Source of the DNA: Lama glama
Lineage: Eukaryota
DNA: 64,000 nt
Assembly: GCA_028534125.1 (NCBI GenBank)
Contig: CM052817.1
Coordinates: 43,278,001 to 43,342,000 of the forward strand
Direction of reading: 5' to 3'
A model generated the notes under the pieces. It made no database searches and was not told where the DNA came from. It saw nothing but the letters and a program-made list of their open reading frames with translations. Positions 15,201 to 30,200 of this stretch are shown here, piece after piece. A program made the translations under genes and the position numbers. The first letter of the stretch is position 1, and every line of letters starts with the position of its first letter.

Positions 15201-18200
15201 ATACAGCACATGAAAAGGTGCTCAACATCACATGTCATTAGAGAACTGAAAATGAAAACCAAACCCCTGCACATCACTTAGAACGGGTGAAATCCAAAAT
15301 AGTGACACCATCAAATGCTGGTAAGGATGTGGGGCAACAGGGAATCTCATTCCTGCTGGAAATGTGAAATGGTACAGCCACTTTGGAAGACAGTTTGGTG
15401 GTTTTCTTCCAAAACTAAACATGCTTTTACTGTACAATCGAGCAATTATGCTCCTTGGTACTTACCCAAATACGCTGAAATCTTATGTCCACACAGAAAC
15501 TGGCACATGAATATTTACAGAAGCTTTCATTCATAATCATCAAAACTTAGAAGCAACCAAGATGCTCCTCAACAGGGGAATAAACTGTGGCATAGCCATA
15601 CAATGAAATAGGACTCAGTGGTAAAAAGGAAATGAGTTATCAAGCCATGAGAAGAGGCAGTCTGAAAATCCTACATACTGTATGATTCCAACTATATGAC
15701 AGTCTGGAAAAGGCAAAATTACAGAGATAAAAAGATCAGTTACCAGGGGTTCAGAGGCAGAAAGACAGGGATGAATAGTGGGAGCACAGACCATTTTTAG
15801 GGCAGTAAAACTATTCTGTTTGATGCAGTAATGGTGGACACACAACATTATACATTTGTCAAAACCCTAGAATGTAGGACACAAGTGGTGAATCTGAATG
15901 TAAACTATGGATTTTAGTCAATAATGATGTGTCAGTTCATTCATTCATCACCTAATTCATTCATCAACTATAAAATATGTGTCCTGCTAATGCAAGATGC
16001 TAACCATAGGGGTCACTGGGAGAGAGTGGGAAGATGAGCATACGTGAGCTCTCTGCAGTTTCTGCTGCATTTCTGCTGGAAATCTAAAAGTGCTCTAAAA
16101 AATAAAGTCTACTCAAAAAAACCCCCAAAACCTCAAAGATCCCCACTAACTCTCCTGTTGAAGGTTCCGTGGCTGAGTGTGTGTGCTTACACGAACACTT
16201 CAGCACGTCATGGAAAGATGGGAGACGCAGATGAAAAAGAAGACAGACTGCTTGAATTATTTTGAAATTACAGGTGAGTGAAACATCTGGTTATAATACT
16301 GTAAAAATACACTCGTTCCTGTTTTCAAACATTCGGTCTGTTTATGCTTGCCTGATTTTTGCCTCATCTCTTCTTTTGTTTGTTGGTTTGTGTCAGGGCT
16401 GACGCTACTCTGCTCTGACTAAGCGTCCCAGTTTGCCTTCGTCTTGTTCTCCTTTCATCATCCACCGTGTTCCAACAGTAAAAATGCTGACGATCATTGG
16501 TATTAATAATAATAAGCCGCCACTGTACTGTTGACACCCCATGTGCTGTTTCACATCCTCTCTCTCTCTTAATCTTCACAACACCCTATGAAGTTGGTAC
16601 TGTTATTATTTTAATTGTACAGATGTGTGAAATGGAGGCTTTAAGGTTTAAATTAAAGTAACCTGCCTGAACACACAAAGCCAGCAGGCAGCAGAGTACA
16701 GGGTTCTAGGTCTGACGCTGAAGCCCTGCCCGGGACTCCCGCCCTCCACTGCCCCGAGTGGGCGTGTGTGCCCGCTTGCACACACAAGCGGATGTGCAGT
16801 GATGAATGCAGACCTGGGGGCATTTGTCTGCAGCAATGCCTCACCCATTTGGGTTTGTAGGTTCAGTCTTCATAAGGTTTTCACCATTGAAAACAACTGA
16901 AACCATAATTAGGATAAACTGCTCCCTAGTGGCGTAATGCCTCACTTGGACAAACGCTGTTTCAACCCTCAGGCTGAGACGGTTGCTGGGATTTTTCTCC
17001 CACATTAAGGGCTGTGTAACTCAGCTGAAAGAGGCTGCTGGGGTAGGACTTAAATCATTTCCTCCCTTACATACACGTATGACTACATCTCATCCTTGAC
17101 CTTATCATCTTTTTTATCAAGTCATGCACCTCCGACAAAGAAACAGCAAGGTGTGGCCTCATTTGGTCACACGGTGATGAATGGTTTAGTGACTCTTCCA
17201 AAGGTGGTAAGGACAAAGTTCCAGCAAGTCATTTTTTTTTTTAACCCTGAGACTGCCATACCCATCTCTGAAGGTAACCCTTCTGTGTCATGTGTCCTAC
17301 TTAACTTAAATGCTCCCAAGTGGAATATATATTCTTTGGAGCCCAGAAGAAAATCAACATGTTCTTAAAAATGGAGACACTCATAATGGAAATGAACAAT
17401 TATTTTTCTTTCAGATGAACTTGCAGAACATTTCCTAACACATTATGAATCCTGATCAAAAGACATTCAATCCATTTACTGACCAAAACAAGATTCCTTA
17501 AATACATCATTAAGTTATACTTTCATGGTGGTGGTTAAATATTACACTGCTTGATGGCAATCCAAATGTAAAATGAACAAATCATTTCATAAGGGCAATT
17601 GCAATCTCATTGTCTCAGTTTGGTTATTTTCAAACTCCATAAAAATTATTATCGAGCATGCAACTTACTAGGGAGTTAAAAAGTAAAAAATAAAACCTTA
17701 CATCAGCCAAAGTCAACAGAGCTTTCCGGAAGTCACCAGAGGTTTCAGAACTAATCGCATCTCCGAGACTTTTCTTGTATACTGAAAGCAAATAAGAATG
17801 AAATTAAGCTTTGATAAACTAAAAAATGTTATTATAAAACAGAGAAAAGCTTAAATGGCAACACTGGCAAGGAAGGAGTACCTGATGAAATAAATCACGC
17901 CTTCTTTTTTTTTAACCTCCTGGCGCTTTTCCAAGATGTACACCTTCTTCTTGTAACTATTACTGTAGTATGTGGTGTGGTAGATGCACAAGAACAGAGG
18001 AAAATGCCATTCTGGATCAACTCACAGTTCATTTCACCTGACAATGGCACTAAGGAACGTATGGTGAGAAAGCTAGGGTGGGCAAGCTGCTAATTTGCCT
18101 TCCAATTTCCACTGCCTCCTTCTTCCAAAGGAATAGAAGCCTGACCTTGAGCAAGACAGAATGCACAGAGCGTAAAGACTACGTCCTCTGCTCTCCTCTG

Positions 18201-21200
18201 AGCTAGGCGCAGCTCGACAGCTCCATTCTTGGCCACCAAATGTAGGCAGACCTATGTGACATTGCTAGGAAATCTCCTCAGTGATGGCTCTTTCCTCCAT
18301 CCTAATGCCTGGAATGTAGGTTGACCCCTGGAGCCTGGGCAGCCATCTTGCACTATGAAGACAAAGACTGCATCTCAGCGGTGGCAAAGAATAAGCAGGA
18401 AGGGGCCCGGGTTCCTAAAAGTTGATGAGCTACCAAGCCAGTCCTAGAAATGCCTATCTCCAGACTGCTTCTATACATGAGAGAAATAAACTTTTATTTA
18501 AGCCACCATTATTTTTCTGTTTCATTGAACCTGACTCCAACCTTAATGCATACAGCTAGACTGCATTATTGGATATCTCTCAAAAGTAAGAAAGCTACCC
18601 TAAAACCTACTATTTCCTCATAACAAACGCCAACTGTGTGTTCACATATAGTCCTGACTACTTGTAGCACCTTTTGCACAGCTTGTGATGTGCAGTGTCC
18701 GTTGATTTGTAAATCTCTGCTCTGCTCTATCCACGGAGCAGCGATTCTCTTGGGGCCACGACATACCTGATGCAGCTGACACTTTCCCTGCATCGTTCTC
18801 AAGAACTCTAAAAATCAATCATATGAACGCTTGTCCTTTTAAATCAATAAAAGACAATCATAGAAAGTGACATGAGATGACCTAATAGCAAGAACTGTGC
18901 TGAGAGACAAACTCTTCCAGCATGATTTTAGTAAGGCTCTTTTTATGAAACCTATAATTTCCCAGAGCAATTCAAATAAGAAAAGCCCACTATAAATAAA
19001 GATTATTTATCTAAGTAATAACATTTAGTAGGCATCGTTTTCCCTAACAGTCATGCTGTTGGTACATCTATCCTTCACTCTAATTAGAAAAGTTTTTTTT
19101 AATTTAAAAATATCAAGCCAAAAAAAATGAAGCTCTCCTTTGTTAAATCTGGGGGAGTGTTTTATAATTTTAGAAATATCTAGATGAGACTTTATAGTCA
19201 TCTCATGCAGCCTCACATGCCTCCCTTCCCTTTACCCGAGATATTTTGTGGGAAGTTAGACTAAAGATACAAAAATTATTTTGATGCAAGTTGAAAACTA
19301 CTTTATGCATCTGAGGCACAAGATGGTATAGAAAAGCAAATTTGATGTTTCAACAGTGCAGGAGCCTGAAACAGAACTTTGAGTTTTTGATCCCTGATTC
19401 GTGCTCTCTCACACACCATTAACTTTAGAACACTGGAAAGAGTTCTGAATTTAGCTCTCTATTCGTTTAGAGTCTATTGTGTCATTGTACTGTACGAGCC
19501 ACATAAAACGCCTGGTCCCTTTATGAGGGCCAGGTTGACAGCTCTTTTGATGGGTTTCTCATGCATGGGTCACCATTTCACATTATATGACAGCATCAAT
19601 CCCGCTGCAACTGACTCCAACGGTTGGCATCTGACCATAGGTGGTGAGCAGCCAATGTACGGAGACGACCTGGTGGGAGAACTTTGCCCAAAACAATGCT
19701 TTACACTAGACAGTGCCTTTCCAAGCCCATTGAATCTCTTCTCTTAGGGAGTGAGCTGTACAGAATTTTTTTAAAAAAAGAGTAACAAAGAGGTGGGAAG
19801 AACCCCAGAAATAAGGCACGAAACAGAAGAAGCCCAGAATAGCCAGAAACCATGGGCAAATGTAAGCCTCAACTAAACGAGCACCATGTGGTAAGGGAGG
19901 AGAAGTTCCTTGGTGTTGTCAGAATAGTGGAAGCAGAGAGGAGGGAGAAAGAGTTCCTATGATGGAGACATCAGCACAGGGGAGCAGTGGATGTCTGATG
20001 CTGAGGGAGAGACAAGACGGCTGAGTCCCGAGGGCAGTGCTGGGTCCTGAGCCTCCGCAAAGCTTGGCTACACACGGCTGAGAATATTTCCTTCTTTTAC
20101 TTCCTGTGTATCATTAATCCCCACTCACCAAGGGAACCCAGATGCAGCTCAACTCCTTGTAGCCTTAGACAGCTTAACTCACACAGATACAAGGCATCTG
20201 GTAACTCTGAACAAAGACCACTTGTCGCATTTGCAAAATGACAGTCCTAAATGCTAGAACACTCACTTGGTGCTTAAGACTTGGACCTCAGCCTTGAGGA
20301 TATTCACTCAATAAATCTTTGAACTGATCCCCCAATGGCTCCAGGCACTGGACATACAGCAGTGAACAAAACAGACAAAAATCTCCCTTTCATAGAGCTT
20401 ATGTCGTAGGGTTGTTTGTACAGAAACGCTGAATTCCAAGGAGACTCTCCAGGCCAGTCAACTCATGGAGTGGTAACTCTTCCAAGAAACACCAGGAAGT
20501 AACAGAGCATCTTGGGATAGAGCCTCTGGCTCTGGTGATGTTTTATATGTACATCTTGTTGAACAGAGGGAACCAGAAACGTTAAACACCTACAAGGTAC
20601 CCATTTGTGCCTATTATCGAGCAATTATCTCATCTACCCCAAATTTGCCCTTCTATACCTAGCTTTGTGGAGCTGAGGTTAGGACTTTGCAAAGTACATT
20701 TCTCTTTTGCCCCCCACGCCCCAACTCTCTGCTAGGTTCCACCAATGGGAGGAGTCGAGGGAGAATAGATGGAAGGCAGAAGGAGGAAAGAAGGACATGC
20801 TGTTGGCTTGCTATTCATGTCAGTGTCAACCCAGTGAAGGGCTTTCCCCCGACAGCAGCAGTTGGCTCCAGGCTCCTAGGACGAGTCACCTGCTTACATG
20901 TCTGTGGAGGTACCAGCTCCAGCTGGACGGAGGTCCCTTCACAGAGATCTGCACCTCAATTCCCTAGGCATCTCCTCTGAGCCCTGGAAGCACCAACACT
21001 GGAAATTGGTGCCCTCCTCTGAGCTTCTAGTTTCTGCAAACCCCAATCCCTTTCTTTGCTGTCCCTGCCCTGAGGGTTACACCTCTGTGCTACCCCTGTG
21101 TTTCCTTCCCGCTTTTTCAGTCCTCTCAAAGGTGTTTGAGTGATTCTCTCTATTAAATTCTGTTAAAACACCTCGTACACTTCTGTTTTCCTGACTAGAG

Positions 21201-24200
21201 CTGATTGGCACATCGACCATAGAATAGTCACTTTCCTACCAGTGGAGTTTTTACCTTCGAATGGGAATTTCTCACAGTAACCTCCCTAACATCCATCTGG
21301 GGACCAGTATATCCCTTCTTTGGCACTCTCCTGCTGCAGAAGCTCCCTGATACACAACTGACCTCCCTGATACAAAAACATAGAAACTGTTGTTCAGTAA
21401 GAATTGGGCAGGTCTTTGTCCCTGGTTCTTGGGAGGTAACCTCTAAATACTTGGAATTTCCCCAGTAACAGGAATGTCATTGTTATTCATGGTGGGTCCC
21501 CTGAACCACACCGGAGTCTATGCTAATAGGATGACTCAGGATGGGGCTCAGTCATAACAGAAAGACCAACCATGTGATTAAAGGGTTAAGGCTTTGAGCC
21601 ACATCCTCAGCCTGCCATCCAGGGAGAGGAGGGGGACTAGACATGGAGTTCAGCCATGTGGCCAGTGATTAAGTCAATCCTGCCTGTGTCATAAAACCCC
21701 AGTAAAAGCTCTGGACACCAAAGATCAAGTGCACGTCCCTGGTTGGCAGTTCTACATCGTTGTGCAGGGAGGGTGAGGCATCCTTCAGACATGGAAGCTC
21801 TGTGCTCAGGACCCTCCCAGACTTTGCCCTGTGCATCTCTTCACTTGATCCGTCTTGATTTACGTTCTTTACAGAAAACCATAATTGTAAGTCTAGAGTT
21901 CTGTGAGTCATTCTACTGAGTTATTGAACCTGAAGGGAGAGTGAGGATCCTCTGAGTCTATCACCATTTGGTCTGAAGTGCATGTGGCCAGGGACCACCT
22001 GAGCTTGTGGCTGGTGTTTGAAGCTAGGGTAGTTTTGTGGGGACTTGCTCTAACCTATGAAGTCACTCTAACTTTGGGTTGTTGGTGTCAGACTTGCATG
22101 GCAGGTGCTTTCTACTTTCAAAACAGCTAGCAGACTATTAGGGCTTTTGCTAATTATACTGAACCCACATGCTCAATACATCCTCTAAATGGTCCATTTA
22201 ATTTCCCACACCAAAAATCATGAGGCTAATCTGAGTGGTTTTTAACATACAATATTAATATGCAGTGATCTGAGTCTCTTACACTGATGAAAATGGTGGA
22301 TTCAATTAAGCAGTGATTGCCGAGAGCAAAATTCACAGTAGTTGCAATGTCATAAATGCACAGCATTAATGTATTATTATGTAGCAGTTTCTAGCTCAGA
22401 TCATATTAAAAATTTTCTCCAAAAATCCACAGTCCCTAGCCCATTTTAGAATGTATCCTCCTTTTAGTTTTATACATTTAGCCTTCTCAAAATTACCATG
22501 AAGAAGAGATTGGCAGGTTTCTGGGAGAAGCAGCAATGGCCCATACAGGTGTGAGCAAGAGTGAAGGTAAACAGAAAATAAGATCACCTGTGTAGTAGGC
22601 TTGGCCGATCTCCTTCATCTGCCTGCTTGTCCTGGTGGTTAAGATTTCAATCAGCGCATCTTCATTTGTCCCCGTGCCCTAAGAAGAAAAAGGAAATCTA
22701 TTTTTAGAACACTTTAAAAAACTTAGTTTCACGCATTTCAATCTTAATATCTTGGTTTACACAGATGAACAGTTTTTAGTAAATCAACATAAGGTCCTAT
22801 ATAGCTCTAAACTTGTTTTCGAATTTCCCTTATATTTTAGTATTAAAATAACATGAATCATCTGAAGTTAACTGACACCAAAATTTTAAAGAAAATATCC
22901 AACTCTAGAGTAAAACTCCATCGAGTAGTTCTAGGAAAAAACAGTATAAAGGGAAAGCCTACGTCATTCAGGATCAGAAGTAAGAATTCAAACATTATTA
23001 CAATTAGAAAGGACTCTGCAATTCTCTTGAATTAGTTCATCCTTGTACCAATGCACTGGGCTGGTCAGCATGTATGATTCCCTTCATACAGGGAGATCTT
23101 TTAAAGCCTCAATAATGTATGTCATGAGTGCACAGTTGGTTTGCAGACTAGTTATTCCTGAGTCTTGGTTTATATTGAGGTCACTGACTCACACTGTGAC
23201 TCCAAGAAAAGCCATTTACACTAGGACTTGATCAAATAAGGCCAACATAGCACACAGACAGAGGCTGAGCTCTTTTATCTTCCTTGATTGGTAACAGAGC
23301 CCCCATTTTCAAGCTTAGTGTATATCTACCCAAATAAAGACCAGGAGATTATCATACCAAGTGAAGTAAGCCAGAAAGGGAAAGAAAAATACCATATGAT
23401 ATCACTTATATGTGGCATCTAAAAAAAATGACACAAATGAACTCATTTACAAAACAGAAACAGACTCACAGACATAGAAAACAAACTTAGGGTTACTGGG
23501 GGAAAAGGGGGCAGGGGTGGAGGGATAAATTGAGAGTTCAGGATCAGCAGACACTGACTACTATATATAAAACAGATAAACAATAAGGTCCTATTGTATA
23601 ATAGGGAGCTATATTCAATACCTTGTAATGGCCTATAATAAAAAAGAATATGAAAAGGAATATATGTTTATTTGTATGTATGTGGCTTAGACTATGCTGT
23701 ACACAGAAATTAACCCCACATTGTAAACTGACTATTCTTCAATAAAATAGAAAGAAAGATACAATGGCTGGATGCTGAGCTGCCATCTAGCCGAGAAGTG
23801 TTATCTGTAGGCTGGAGGTGGCTGAGTCTCTGACAATGGCGGTGCCATGACACCCAGCTCTGGACTGCTTACTTTGGAGTTCTTTTACCTAAGAGAGAGT
23901 GAGTCAAATTCAGTCAGTCATAAAGCCTTTAAGAGCAGAGCTGAGGCTTCTTTGAAAAAGAAGTTCCACAGTCACCAGCCTGTGCTGAGTCCCAGCCTGC
24001 CCTTCCTAACAGCCTGTCCTGCAGATTTTAGATCTGCCTGCTCAGCCTCATAATCGTGTAACCAATTCCTTGCAATAATCCCTCACTCTCTGTCTCCTGA
24101 CTCCTGGGTCTGCTTCTTGGGGGAACCCTGACTGATACAGATAGAATTTTAAACAGCCGCAGAGACAGACAGGAGCCAGACCACGCTGGGAGGTGACGGT

Positions 24201-27200
24201 CATGATAAGGAGTTCGGATTTTAAGTAGTCAAAGCTTAAGGAGAAATCTGAGATTTCTGCCAGTGAAGAGTACAAGCTGATTCTAAAAATAAATTTATAG
24301 AAATAAGTTTGGCTGTTCTAAATAATTTTGGCTACTCTATGGTGAATGGATTTAAAATGGGCAAAAATAGAGGCAAAGAGACCAGTTCAGAGGACATGGA
24401 TGTGGTCCAGTTGGGAGATGAGAGTGGCTGAGCTAGAAGGATAGCAGTGGATTCGGGGAGACGTGCACACACTTTCGATAGATTCTGAAGTAGAGCTGAT
24501 GGGCTTGCTGGCACATTTGGGAGCTTTGAAGCATGAGAGAAAGCAAGGGATGAAGGCGAGTTCTAGGGTTTTGGCCCAAGCAATGGGGTTAAAGATGGCG
24601 TTTTACTCTCAATGACAACAAAATAAGAGAACCTAAGGTCTCAGGTCAGAAAAAAAAAAAAAAACCAGCAAAAATAGGATATGACAATATCCTTCCAGGC
24701 CAGGAACGTGTGGGCTTAAGGTTCTAGGGCTGCTTCCCTTTCAGGGTTGTTCTACTGACTGGAGAGCACAGAGTCTCCAAATCGATCCCATTTCTACCCA
24801 TATCTCAAGTGTGCCCTGGCAGAAAGTCACTCTTTTTGATAATCAAATCCTGGGCAGAAACGGCTTGTGTAGGGCTCCTACCTTCATGGATTTCTTCAGC
24901 TGTTTTGCATCAAACACTGCCGGTGGTGTCACGAGGGCCACCATGAGATTCTTCAACTCACCAGAGAGGTCACCCTTCAGGTCATCTTTCAGTTCCTAAA
25001 ACAAAGAAAACCCAAAGAGAAGAGCGTGAAATAGTTCTCCTTTCTCTTCCTCCAAAGTCACCTAGTGAAAGATGAACGTGCCTGTGTGAATTCAGACAAA
25101 AGCATGTCCATCTACAGGAGATAAACAGAAATGGTGAAAATATTTCTATGGATATTAATTTGCATTTTATGATTGCTTCCAAAAAGTTCTGTTTTATAGA
25201 AGGCTTTCTGAGGGAAAACCAATGGAGGAGGGTCTATGCATGCCACAGGTAGGAGCTGTGTATTCGAATTCATTTCCTGGGCCCTTGACACTCTGCTCTC
25301 CATGCTCGGGCTGGGGAGATGGAGAAGAAGGGGAGGGGGAGCCCCACAATTCACACTGAGCTTCACTGGAAGGTGCTCTGTTTCTGCCTTGTTTCTCAGT
25401 GACTCCTAAAGAGCTTCAAAGAGGAAGGGAAGGGAAGACAGCACACGAGTGTGTTGTCTTGTCCAGAAGCTTGGCAATTCATTTAAGTTGAACACTGTTT
25501 ACTGTGTGCCTGCTCTGTGCCAGGCACTTAAAAGTGAGTTAGACACAGTACCCCTAGGACATTATGCCCTAATGGGAGAAATAGAAGTAGTGAAAGACAA
25601 AATTTCAACATAATATGTTAAGCATCTTAGAAAGGAACACCGAGAAGGACATATTAATGGAGCCTGGGAGCTTGGAGAACACTGCTGGGTGGTGCCCCAG
25701 CTCTCTTTGGGTGGTCCCCACACACTCTCAGTTCTGGACCCAATGCTCCGATTGGCCTGTGTTTCCACTCTTTCCCCTATACAGTTCATTAGTCCCAGCA
25801 GCTAAAATAATCTTTCAAATATATAAATAAGATAATAGCATTTCCTTTCTTACAAAATTCCAATTGTTCCCTATTATTCTTAGAATAATATCTAAACTCT
25901 GTACCAAGACCGCAAGGCCCAGCGTGGTCTAAGCCTCTCTTCAACCTCAGCTCTTCCCTCTGCCTCCCTTTACTGTCTGCACTCCCACCATACGGGAACT
26001 TTTTCTGTTTCCTAAGTGTTCCCAGCTAGTTTTGGCCTCACGGCTTTTGCATTTGCTGGACCTTCTGTCTGACACGCTCTTCCCCGGATCAAGCAGAGCA
26101 GATGTCTTGGTGGTGTTTAGTCTTAGTTGAGAGTAAGGACACAACCTCTCGCTGACGTTTCCTCACCACGTGATCTAAAGGAGCCATTCACCATTCTCTA
26201 GCATATCACCCATTTTAATTCTTTCACAGCACTTACCAATATCTGAATTTATTTTACTTATATATTTACTATTTTTCTAATAGAATGTTAGGTCCATTGG
26301 AAAGAAAAGAGGATCTTTTTATTCTAGTGAATTGCCACTGTCTAGGGTATCTCCCAACACAGAGTAGTAACCAACCCGACACAGAGTAGTTTATTATTGA
26401 ACAAGTAAACTGCATGGAAAAGACACACAAAATGTTCTTAAATAGCTCTTGTATAGCTTCTGGTACTTAATATGTTTTCATTCACTGAATGAATTAAAAA
26501 AAATCTGTAATTACATAAACATATTGAAGTTGGAAGACAAAGAACATCTAAGACAGGGTTTATCAGATGATTGATCAGATAACTCTTTGCTGTGGAGGAT
26601 GGCCTTGTGACTTGTAGGAAGTTTAGCAGATTCCCTGACCTCCACCCACCAGATACCAGAAACATCCCTCTCTCTCCCATCAGTTGTGATAATCGAAACA
26701 TTTGGAGTCATTGCCAAATATCCCCAGGGGAGCAAAATCATTCCCTCTGAGTTCAGAGCCACTGATCCAAGGCAACCCTCCTTACTCAACAGATGAAGGT
26801 ACTGAGGCCCCGCAAGATCAAATAACACACCCAAGGTCATTCAGCCAGTTAAGGGCAAAACTTAAGACTCCTATTCCAGGCTGTCAACTGGATACACAAG
26901 GGTTACACTTGGCCTGAAACAAAAGGTCTGTGGGCATAATCATGGGGGAGCCGCCTGGATCCATCAGTGATTAGCTCTTTACTGCCTGTTACGTTAACAA
27001 AATCGTACCTTTCCATACGCTGCTTGGTATTCCTTCACAATCAGCTGCCGCTGTGCATTCGACCGCTCAGCCAGAACACTGATGAGTGTGTTCTCGTCCG
27101 TTCCTATGTGAAAGAAAAATAATTTTATTCATCGTCAACCCAAATATGCTTAGTAACTGTCATGAACAAAAGTACAATGATTAATGGTCTGAAACAAATG

Positions 27201-30200
27201 CAGAGAGGAGGGCATTTTAATTTTTAATTTCCAGGTCTTCCCAGGTTGGCATCTTTATTTCCTTGATTGCCTGGGTTTTGCAAAAGAAAATGAACCTTAT
27301 TTGGATAGTCCGGGGGGCAGAAAACAATCGTTGCCCAACATTCCTACCCGTATCAGACGAGGGAGTAGTACAAAGAACACGTTGCTTTTGAAGTAGGTTT
27401 TTTCATCGTTATGAGGGTAAGTTACTATCTTACCACCTTTTATTTCTCTCTTATCTCCATATTTGACATCAGAATCATTTTTTTCCTAGAAAAAAGGAAC
27501 TGACATTTGTTGAGAATCTACCACATACTAAGTACCTTTTATTCACTGTCATAGTTAATAATATTCACAGGGGTCCTGGGCAGTAGGCATGATTAAGCCG
27601 TCCTAAAGGAAAAGATACTAACACCTAGAGAACTTCTCTCACTTGCCAAAGCATGCAGCTTTCAAGTGGTGCAGCACACATCTGAACCCAGATCGCTGCC
27701 TCCAAAGCGTATATTTCTGTCACTGGTCCACACCCCTTTCAGGCATTTCAGATCCATATACTTAACCACCTGTGGTAAGTACAAGTCTAAGGCTGATGCT
27801 GGCTTGCCTATAAACGACCTCCAGGTCACTATTTTCTTGGTAATTATAGTATTAAGATAAAGTGGGAAGTGGAGAGTAGTAAATTAAGAGTATGGGATTA
27901 ACAGTTACACATTACCATATATAAAATAGACACACAACAAGGACCTACTGTATAGCACAGAGAACTATATTTAATATCTTGTAATAACCTATCATGGAAA
28001 AGAATTGAAAAAAAGAGAAGTAGACATACATATGCATATGCGTATAACTGAATCACTTTGCCATACACCTGGAACCAGTATGAAGAAAAAAAGAAAATGC
28101 AGGAAGCTGTGTCTGCTCCTGCGTGGCAGAGGATGCCCCGAAGCTGGGGGCTGCGAGCTGACTTGTGCGCCTCGGGCTTGCGTGACTAGCACGGTATGAA
28201 AGATCAGTTGGAACTCAAGGCTCAGTTTCCCTGTGTCGCGGTAACCCACAGACACCTTGGCTCCACAGGCCCGTGGCAGTGGTACACACTCTACATGAAA
28301 GATGGCGCTTAAGAAACTGTACGTGATTAGCTGCTGGGCCTCCCAGTGAAAGATGCTGCCCCACTGTGTCTCTGGCCTTGTATTCTTCTAAGGAGTTAAG
28401 TAAACACAGAATCTGATTAAACCCTTGTTGTGCCCTGTGAGTATGATCTCAGCTTGGACCTTAATGGCACCTGGGTCGGTGCACAGCTAGACACCTCCAA
28501 CTACGAGCATCTCAAACCCAGTCTGCTCCGGGCGGGATTCATTCTGTTTCTTCTCTGACTTGTCTTTCACTGTGATCCCTCATCAATGTCACCGCTATAA
28601 ATGTAGTCCTCCAGCCCAAAACCCTGGGAGTCATCCTATACCGCATTCTTTCCCTTACTCTCTGCGTGGTAGCAACCATCTGCATCTCTTGAACTGTCCT
28701 CTCCTCTTTCACTGTGCATTCGTCACATTTTACCTAGAAACTTTAGTAGCCTCCTGACTTGACCCCTTTATCATTCAGACTGTATATTACTGCCTAAGTA
28801 AATGTTTTTTCTAAGCAAAAATTTTAAAATGCATCTGATTATGTCAATCCCTTGGTTGAGACTCTAAAGATTCTCTGTAACATTCAGGATGAAGTTTGAG
28901 CCCCTTGGCTTGTACACCAACCAGTTCATTAGGCTCTAACTCCTGCCTCATGTCTCTGTTCTAACTTCCCCCCTCTTCTCTGTGTCTATATCCTGTGCCC
29001 CTAGACTCCAAACGTTAACTAACTACCCACAGTTTCATGTAGGTTGTATGCCACGCAGTTTCTCCTCGCTTATTCTTGCACATGCTCATCACCAGAAACC
29101 AAACCAAGCTGCCTCATGGTTCAGAGACTGGCTCTGACACATGTCTTAAGGCCAAGGCCACCATGACACCTGGTTCTGGTGCTGGGAGTGGTGCTCACAA
29201 ACAAAAATCTCCTCCTCAAAGTGGGCCTGCAAACCAAAACACAAAAATTCACAGAGAAATATAATGTTAAGGGAGAAAGACAAGCAATAGAATTTGGAGA
29301 CCATTAATTCATTCAATTTGCCATTAACTGCATGGAAAAGTCTATTCAACACTGTGTATAAATAGGGAATCAAAGAGATTAATAAAGAAATAACTTTCAA
29401 TTAAAAATAGAAAAAAACCTTAAATAGGCAGAAATAAAGTAGTATTACACTGATAACTTTAATAGTATAATTCATAAAACTTGACAAACTGACCCTAAAA
29501 TTCATAGGGGAGGGCAAAGAGCCAAGAAGGGCTCTTGCCTTACTAGACACCAAGTGGCAGTATTAAATTATAGTGGAAATTATGACAACGTGGTATTGAG
29601 ACAAGGAAAGGCACATAGACCAAGGGAGGTGTAACACAGGGCAAAAAAATAAAACTTACAAAAGAGAGGTGGCATTACAAATCAGCGTGGAAAGGATGAC
29701 CTCTTCAATAAACTGCACTGGGACAATTACATAGCCACATGTGATCAAACAGAATTAGATTTAAGCACCTTACACAAACATAAATTTCAGGCAGATTAAA
29801 GATCTCAATGTGAAAAAAATAAGACTGTAAAACTTTGAGTAGAAAATACAGGAGAATATCTTTATGAGCTCATTATAGAAAAGACACAGTAAGTATAAAT
29901 CATTACAAAAATACTGGTAAACAACTTCACTAAAGTTTAAAATTTCTATGCAATAAAATTGACTATAACCTATGTTAAATGAAAACCACAGACTGGGAAA
30001 AGGTATTTTCATAGCTGGTAATTAAAAGTTTTGTATCCAGAATTTATTTAAAACAAAATTTGCCAGGCAAGAAAAAGACAACCCAACTGAAAAACAAAAA
30101 AATATATGAAGAAGTAATTCATGGAAAAGGTAGCAGATAAACAAGAAAGGATGCTTCACTGCATCAGTATGGGGGATGGGGAGGAGAGAGGAAGCAAACA

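Noticed and set aside
21343..21374. Short direct repeat CTCCCTGATACA x2 (similar micro-duplications at ~26357-26390 and ~48002-48020)
   Set aside because: Ordinary slippage-scale duplications with no array structure.
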